Shown: positions 61,401-64,000 of the stretch, piece by piece
Position numbering within the stretch: the first letter of the stretch is position 1
Layout of the letters: every line of letters starts with the position of its first letter
NCBI GenBank assembly: GCA_044238365.1
Contig: JBIIDM010000001.1
Coordinates: 8,769 to 72,768 of the forward strand
Direction of reading: 5' to 3'
Length of the DNA: 64,000 nucleotides
DNA from: Bdellovibrionota bacterium
GTDB taxonomy: Bacteria; Bdellovibrionota_C; UBA2361; JBIIDM01
The notes under the pieces: generated by a model
The model's input: the letters and a program-made list of their open reading frames with translations, nothing else
The model's database searches: none
What the model was told of the DNA's origin: nothing
Made by a program: the position numbers and the translations under genes

Positions 61401-62072
61401 AGTGAGCTCGCGCTTTCTTTGCGCGATATAGTACTGGTAGAGCCAGCCAATGATTTCCACCCCCTCTAACCAATCGGATTCGGGTATTGAAACGACTAAG
61501 TCTCCGATCAAAGACTCTTCTCCAAGAAGAGTGTTCGGTAGCAGGGAGGAAAGCGCTAGTGTTATCTCTTCAAAAAGAAACGGCATAGCACCGTGTAGCT
61601 CGTTACACTGGGAGATAAGAAGAGTTCTAAATATGCTTTCGTTCGACTTTCCCGTTGCTACCATTTCCTTGAGTTGAATAATGTCCCCTGCGTGTGGAAA
61701 TTTCGCGACTTTTTTTGATAATACGCGGAGATTGCTTAGGCTAGGGTCAGTTGCATGGCTCAGGATCTGATGAGAAAGGAAGCCATGAACCTCCATGTAC
61801 CGAAGGGCTACGAGGCGGTTGAACCAAGTATATGAGGTTCGTTCGATTACATCATTGAATGAGTGTGCAGAGAAGAGTTGGGTGAGTTCTTCAAGTATGA
61901 GAGTACACTCATCTTCGGTATAAAATCCGGTAGATTTAAGGACCTTCGATGCCTTTTCAGAAGGGCGAGACCGTTTCGGAGAGAATCCGAGTGAATTTGC
62001 CCGAGAGGCGATAGCTTCGGTGAAGTTTTCTCGAGCTTTGACCGCATATTTTTTTAAGGGTTTAATATTCAT
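58497..62072 (-). CDS. Large PglX-like N6-adenine DNA methyltransferase (BREX PglX / type IIG family), with no partner BREX genes in the window.
   Basis: 1191 aa. The N-terminal KKYAVKARENF ... SYTWFNRLVALRYMEV block matches what I recall of PglX-family N-termini. SAM motif I is ILDPACGSGHILVEAF and catalytic motif IV is VLANPPY. A long C-terminal region follows. No brxA/B/C, pglZ or brxL is nearby. Confidence 0.7.
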   Translation of the reverse strand: MNIKPLKKYAVKARENFTEAIASRANSLGFSPKRSRPSEKASKVLKSTGFYTEDECTLILEELTQLFSAHSFNDVIERTSYTWFNRLVALRYMEVHGFLSHQILSHATDPSLSNLRVLSKKVAKFPHAGDIIQLKEMVATGKSNESIFRTLLISQCNELHGAMPFLFEEITLALSSLLPNTLLGEESLIGDLVVSIPESDWLEGVEIIGWLYQYYIAQRKRELTGKKLEPGDIPAATQLFTPRWIVRYLVQNTLGKTWLGSHRSPVLKSRWEYLMPEFSEQNLTSKRSKGTKSQLDPLNPENLTILDPACGSGHILVEAFDTLKDMYLEMGYSPSEIAGKILNSNLYGLDIDERAAQMASFALLMRARIDNPKILNGFDTPVPHIYSLESVDKAQINAACTEILPKDSETVSRFKGKTRYGVPSCVENGQIVESISKDDFIRFAAYFSNASSLGSLTIVPAHEQILLTTAVHFLNHVIATKDASARKHALALMQLVLRALLLCSQYDCVLANPPYLSSKYYPDDLRSYLNANYAAYSRDMFSAFIIRNWQLTKDDGHIGFMSPFVWMFITSYRNLRDFVLNNTTITSLIKLQYSAFDGATVPICTFTLQKKRIEDFKGVFINLEPFKGRDVQSPKVIEAITYPECGWLYFRSNKDFNALPEKPLSFWLEDAAFDAFRENSLLGDKYPTRVGIQTSNNARFIRRWFEVSQESIAFECTSRKEAALSGKKWFPYNKGGKYRQWYGNHHYVINFENDGQEISEFLHTLRKTSKGTLGDPAFQFRRCVTWSDVSSSHFGARYLPYGFISDISGSGIFPSDDVFEAVCCYLCSKVAEKFIKAINPTLHFQTGNISSLPVPAKGLEPLQPKLKPLFERAVEIMKEEMSHHEENWTFLRLPFIPKEKSISLEDSIRSFLEMRKSQRTKLESIENKNNLIFTQAFGLPEPKESESEGSTSTYPVWSEVDCVKRLISYGVGVILGRYKLDMVGIQDSPGAHPCSPKDSLVLLSKDADSDSSRDLYELFKVFLGLTYGKKNLNKNLNYLSQRLFSAGYTSQVEDAENILRNYFFKDFFKEHAKTYGKRPIYWELCSGPKQSFKALTYGHLFTPFVLKTLRDKYLKPQYRKIQNLADSVPTSTRMAASINTTLQELEGFQERLNLLISERLTIKPDDGVLINLQKISSIISEVPSLQLEDAA

Positions 62073-62364
62073 TCAGTGATTCCATGATAGGGTAAGCGTC
62101 GGGCTTTTTTTTATCGCCGATGGTGACTACCCGGGTATTTTGATACTTACTTTGAAAAATCGGTCACAGCTAGTTGCAGCTGCCAAGGATTTCTACCAGG
62201 CCGAGTAGAACGATTGTTTTGTACATGAGCCCCTTTTGCAAATGAGCCTACATGAACTAAATCAATCGATTGACGAGGAGACTCGTGAATATCCTTAGAG
62301 CAGTGACGACCACTGAAACAATGATCAGTGAGAGTGAATACCTTAAATCAAGCTAATATGCCAA

Positions 62365-63183
62365 ATGAACGAGAAAGAAATTAGGAGTTTTCAAAGGACA
62401 GTGTACAAAAATGCGTCGCCGCTACGTTTATTGCCGTGGCGTTGGAACGATAATCCTTATCATGTGGTAGTTTCGGAATTAATGCTCCAACAAACCCAGG
62501 TAGATAGGGTGCTGCCCAGATTTGCGGAGTTTACGATGTGTTTTCCCTCTTTCGGGGTGCTAGCGAACGCCAGCTTTGAGGAGGTGTTTAGTCGGTGGCA
62601 GGGGTTGGGATACAATCGTCGAGCCCAACACCTTCATACTCTTGCAAAAATAGTCTCCACTGATTATTTGGGCGAGCTTCCTCGCTGTAAAGAGTTACTT
62701 CGTACCTTACCCGGAATCGGGACTTATACAGCAGCTGCTATCTCAGTGTTTGCTTTTCAAGAGCCAGCAGCCATGATAGAAACAAATATTAGAACGGCGT
62801 ATCACCACAGTTTCTTCTCGGGCGAGGAGGGCATTCGTGATGCGCAGCTCTTCCCCATAATTGAGCAGACTATTGATAAAGACGATTGTAGGTCGTGGTT
62901 TTATGCTCTAATGGACTACGGTTCTAAGCTGAAGTCTGTTCATCGGGGCATAGGGCAGATGAGTGCTCACTATAAAAAACAATCGAAGTTTGTGGGATCT
63001 AATCGACAGGCTCGAGGGCAGATATTATCCCTTCTGTCGAAAGTGGGGCCCTGCAGGTTGCTGCAGCTCGTGGCTGAAGTAGGGCGTGAAAAAGATGAAG
63101 TAATGCGAATAGTTATAAGTCTAGAGAAAGAAGCGTTTGTCGTGCGTGACAGGTGGGGCAGGTATACCATCAATCCCGCTTGA
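62365..63183 (+). CDS. MutY-like HhH-GPD DNA glycosylase lacking the Fe-S cluster loop and the C-terminal NUDIX-like domain.
   Basis: LPWRWNDNPYHVVVSELMLQQTQVDRVLPRFAEF aligns with the MutY N-terminus, and the catalytic Glu is conserved. HhH is LPGIGTYTAAAI. The Asp-equivalent position reads IETNIRT (Glu instead of Asp). There is no CX6CX2CX5C cluster, with only one Cys in that region. The protein is 272 aa, against ~350 for MutY. Confidence 0.55.
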   Translation: MNEKEIRSFQRTVYKNASPLRLLPWRWNDNPYHVVVSELMLQQTQVDRVLPRFAEFTMCFPSFGVLANASFEEVFSRWQGLGYNRRAQHLHTLAKIVSTDYLGELPRCKELLRTLPGIGTYTAAAISVFAFQEPAAMIETNIRTAYHHSFFSGEEGIRDAQLFPIIEQTIDKDDCRSWFYALMDYGSKLKSVHRGIGQMSAHYKKQSKFVGSNRQARGQILSLLSKVGPCRLLQLVAEVGREKDEVMRIVISLEKEAFVVRDRWGRYTINPA

Positions 63184-63220
63184 GTTGGGTTGAGGCATTG
63201 AATTTTATCGGGATTATCGG

Positions 63221-64000
63221 ATGGGGACTAATTTTGACGTCGTAATAGTTGGCGGAGGGCACGCAGGGGTTGAAGCCGCGGCCGTTGCTGGAAGAATGGG
63301 GGTACGTGTTGCTCTGGTAACGCTTCGTATAGCAGGAATAGGACAAATGTCGTGTAATCCCGCTATCGGAGGCGTTGGAAAAGGGCAACTGGTAAAGGAA
63401 GTTGATGCGCTCGGTGGCATAATGTCGCGGGCAATTGATGCCACGGGGATTCAGTTTAGGCTTCTGAATTCAAGCAAAGGGCCAGCGGTACAGAGTTCCC
63501 GGGCCCAGGCGGATCGGGATCTTTATCGCCTGAAGGTTCAGGAGCTCTTGAGGCAGACTCCCAATATTACTGTAATTGAAGGAGAGGTCGACGTAATTCT
63601 CGTCGATGGAGGTCGAACAAGCGGAATAAGACTGAAAGACGGGGTGATGCTTAAGGCAGCTTCGGTCGTGATCACGTCGGGCACGTTTCTTCGGGGATTG
63701 ATGCATACTGGAGAGTCTCGGACCGAAGGTGGAAGGCGGGGGGATCTCGCCTCTAAGGGAATCAGTGCCTCGCTCTTATCACATGGGTTTACCCTCGGCA
63801 GATTAAAGACCGGGACGCCGCCCCGTTTGCAGCGGAGTACCATAAACTTTGATATTTTGACCCCTCAGTCGGGTGATCCTGATCCTCGTCCCTTTTCCTT
63901 TCTGAATAATCAAATTTCGCAGCCGCAGATCTGCTGCTATTTAACCGAGACTAATCCCAGAGTTCATGAGCTTATTCAGCATAATAAGCACCGGAGTCCG
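63221..64000 (+). CDS. mnmG: tRNA uridine-5-carboxymethylaminomethyl modification enzyme MnmG (GidA). The N-terminal part is in the window and the gene runs off the right edge.
   Basis: ATG at 63221. The FAD-binding N-terminus is FDVVIVGGGHAGVEAA ... MSCNPAIGGVGKGQLVKEVDALGG. It is open to the end of the window. A classic origin-proximal gene. Confidence 0.85.
   Translation, partial: MGTNFDVVIVGGGHAGVEAAAVAGRMGVRVALVTLRIAGIGQMSCNPAIGGVGKGQLVKEVDALGGIMSRAIDATGIQFRLLNSSKGPAVQSSRAQADRDLYRLKVQELLRQTPNITVIEGEVDVILVDGGRTSGIRLKDGVMLKAASVVITSGTFLRGLMHTGESRTEGGRRGDLASKGISASLLSHGFTLGRLKTGTPPRLQRSTINFDILTPQSGDPDPRPFSFLNNQISQPQICCYLTETNPRVHELIQHNKHRSP

Noticed and set aside
63170-63843. Four minus-strand ORFs (63170..63388, 63214..63444, 63470..63706, 63538..63843) with Pro/Ser/Thr/Arg-rich translations.
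   Set aside because: They lie antisense inside the clearly identifiable mnmG (gidA) N-terminal coding region, whose plus strand is GC-rich. These are antisense artefacts.

Overview
This window looks like a bacterial chromosomal replication-origin region of moderate GC content. The placement rests on three things seen directly in the sequence. The gene order is dnaA-dnaN-recF-gyrB on the minus strand, with gyrA about 17 kb away and mnmG (gidA), trmB and trxB nearby. The orientation of clearly assignable genes switches around 53-54 kb: minus-strand genes predominate to the left, plus-strand genes to the right. The plus strand also becomes visibly G+T-rich right of dnaA. The left ~53 kb is otherwise housekeeping and envelope content. 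It holds a type IV pilus pilM-pilN-pilO-(gap)-pilQ operon followed by a Gly-rich repeat lipoprotein, and a murein peptide ligase. It holds a VWA protein, a class A PBP, and a gldA/gldF/gldG-like ABC cluster with a DUF4340-like protein. It holds lepB, pyrE, ccmH, ctaB, gpsA, gyrA, pepA and an EPS module (Wzc-like kinase, manC, Wza-like exporter). It holds nhaA and a complete caa3-type cytochrome oxidase cluster (sco1-coxB-coxA-coxC-coxD). Right of the origin lie an rluA-family gene, trxB, an isolated atpB-atpE pair and an orphan ~1190-aa PglX-like N6-adenine methyltransferase. That methyltransferase is transcribed divergently from a MutY-like glycosylase that has lost its Fe-S cluster; mnmG follows. 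The most unusual sequence-level signal is a modular family of non-coding palindromic MITE-like repeats. Two ~180-bp copies (8833-9008 and 18979-19160) are about 90% identical, and one of them sits inside the ABC operon. Related pieces include an 83-bp perfect-hairpin mini-element (6487-6569), chimeric copies (36195-36350, 22815-22912) and a solo terminal repeat (23950-23976). A second, unrelated 165-bp palindromic element lies at 33327-33491. Other points worth follow-up are the CTAG/TCTAGA clustering and DnaA-box-like palindromes flanking dnaA, a missing pilP, and an AT-rich membrane-protein islet flanked by repeat debris.
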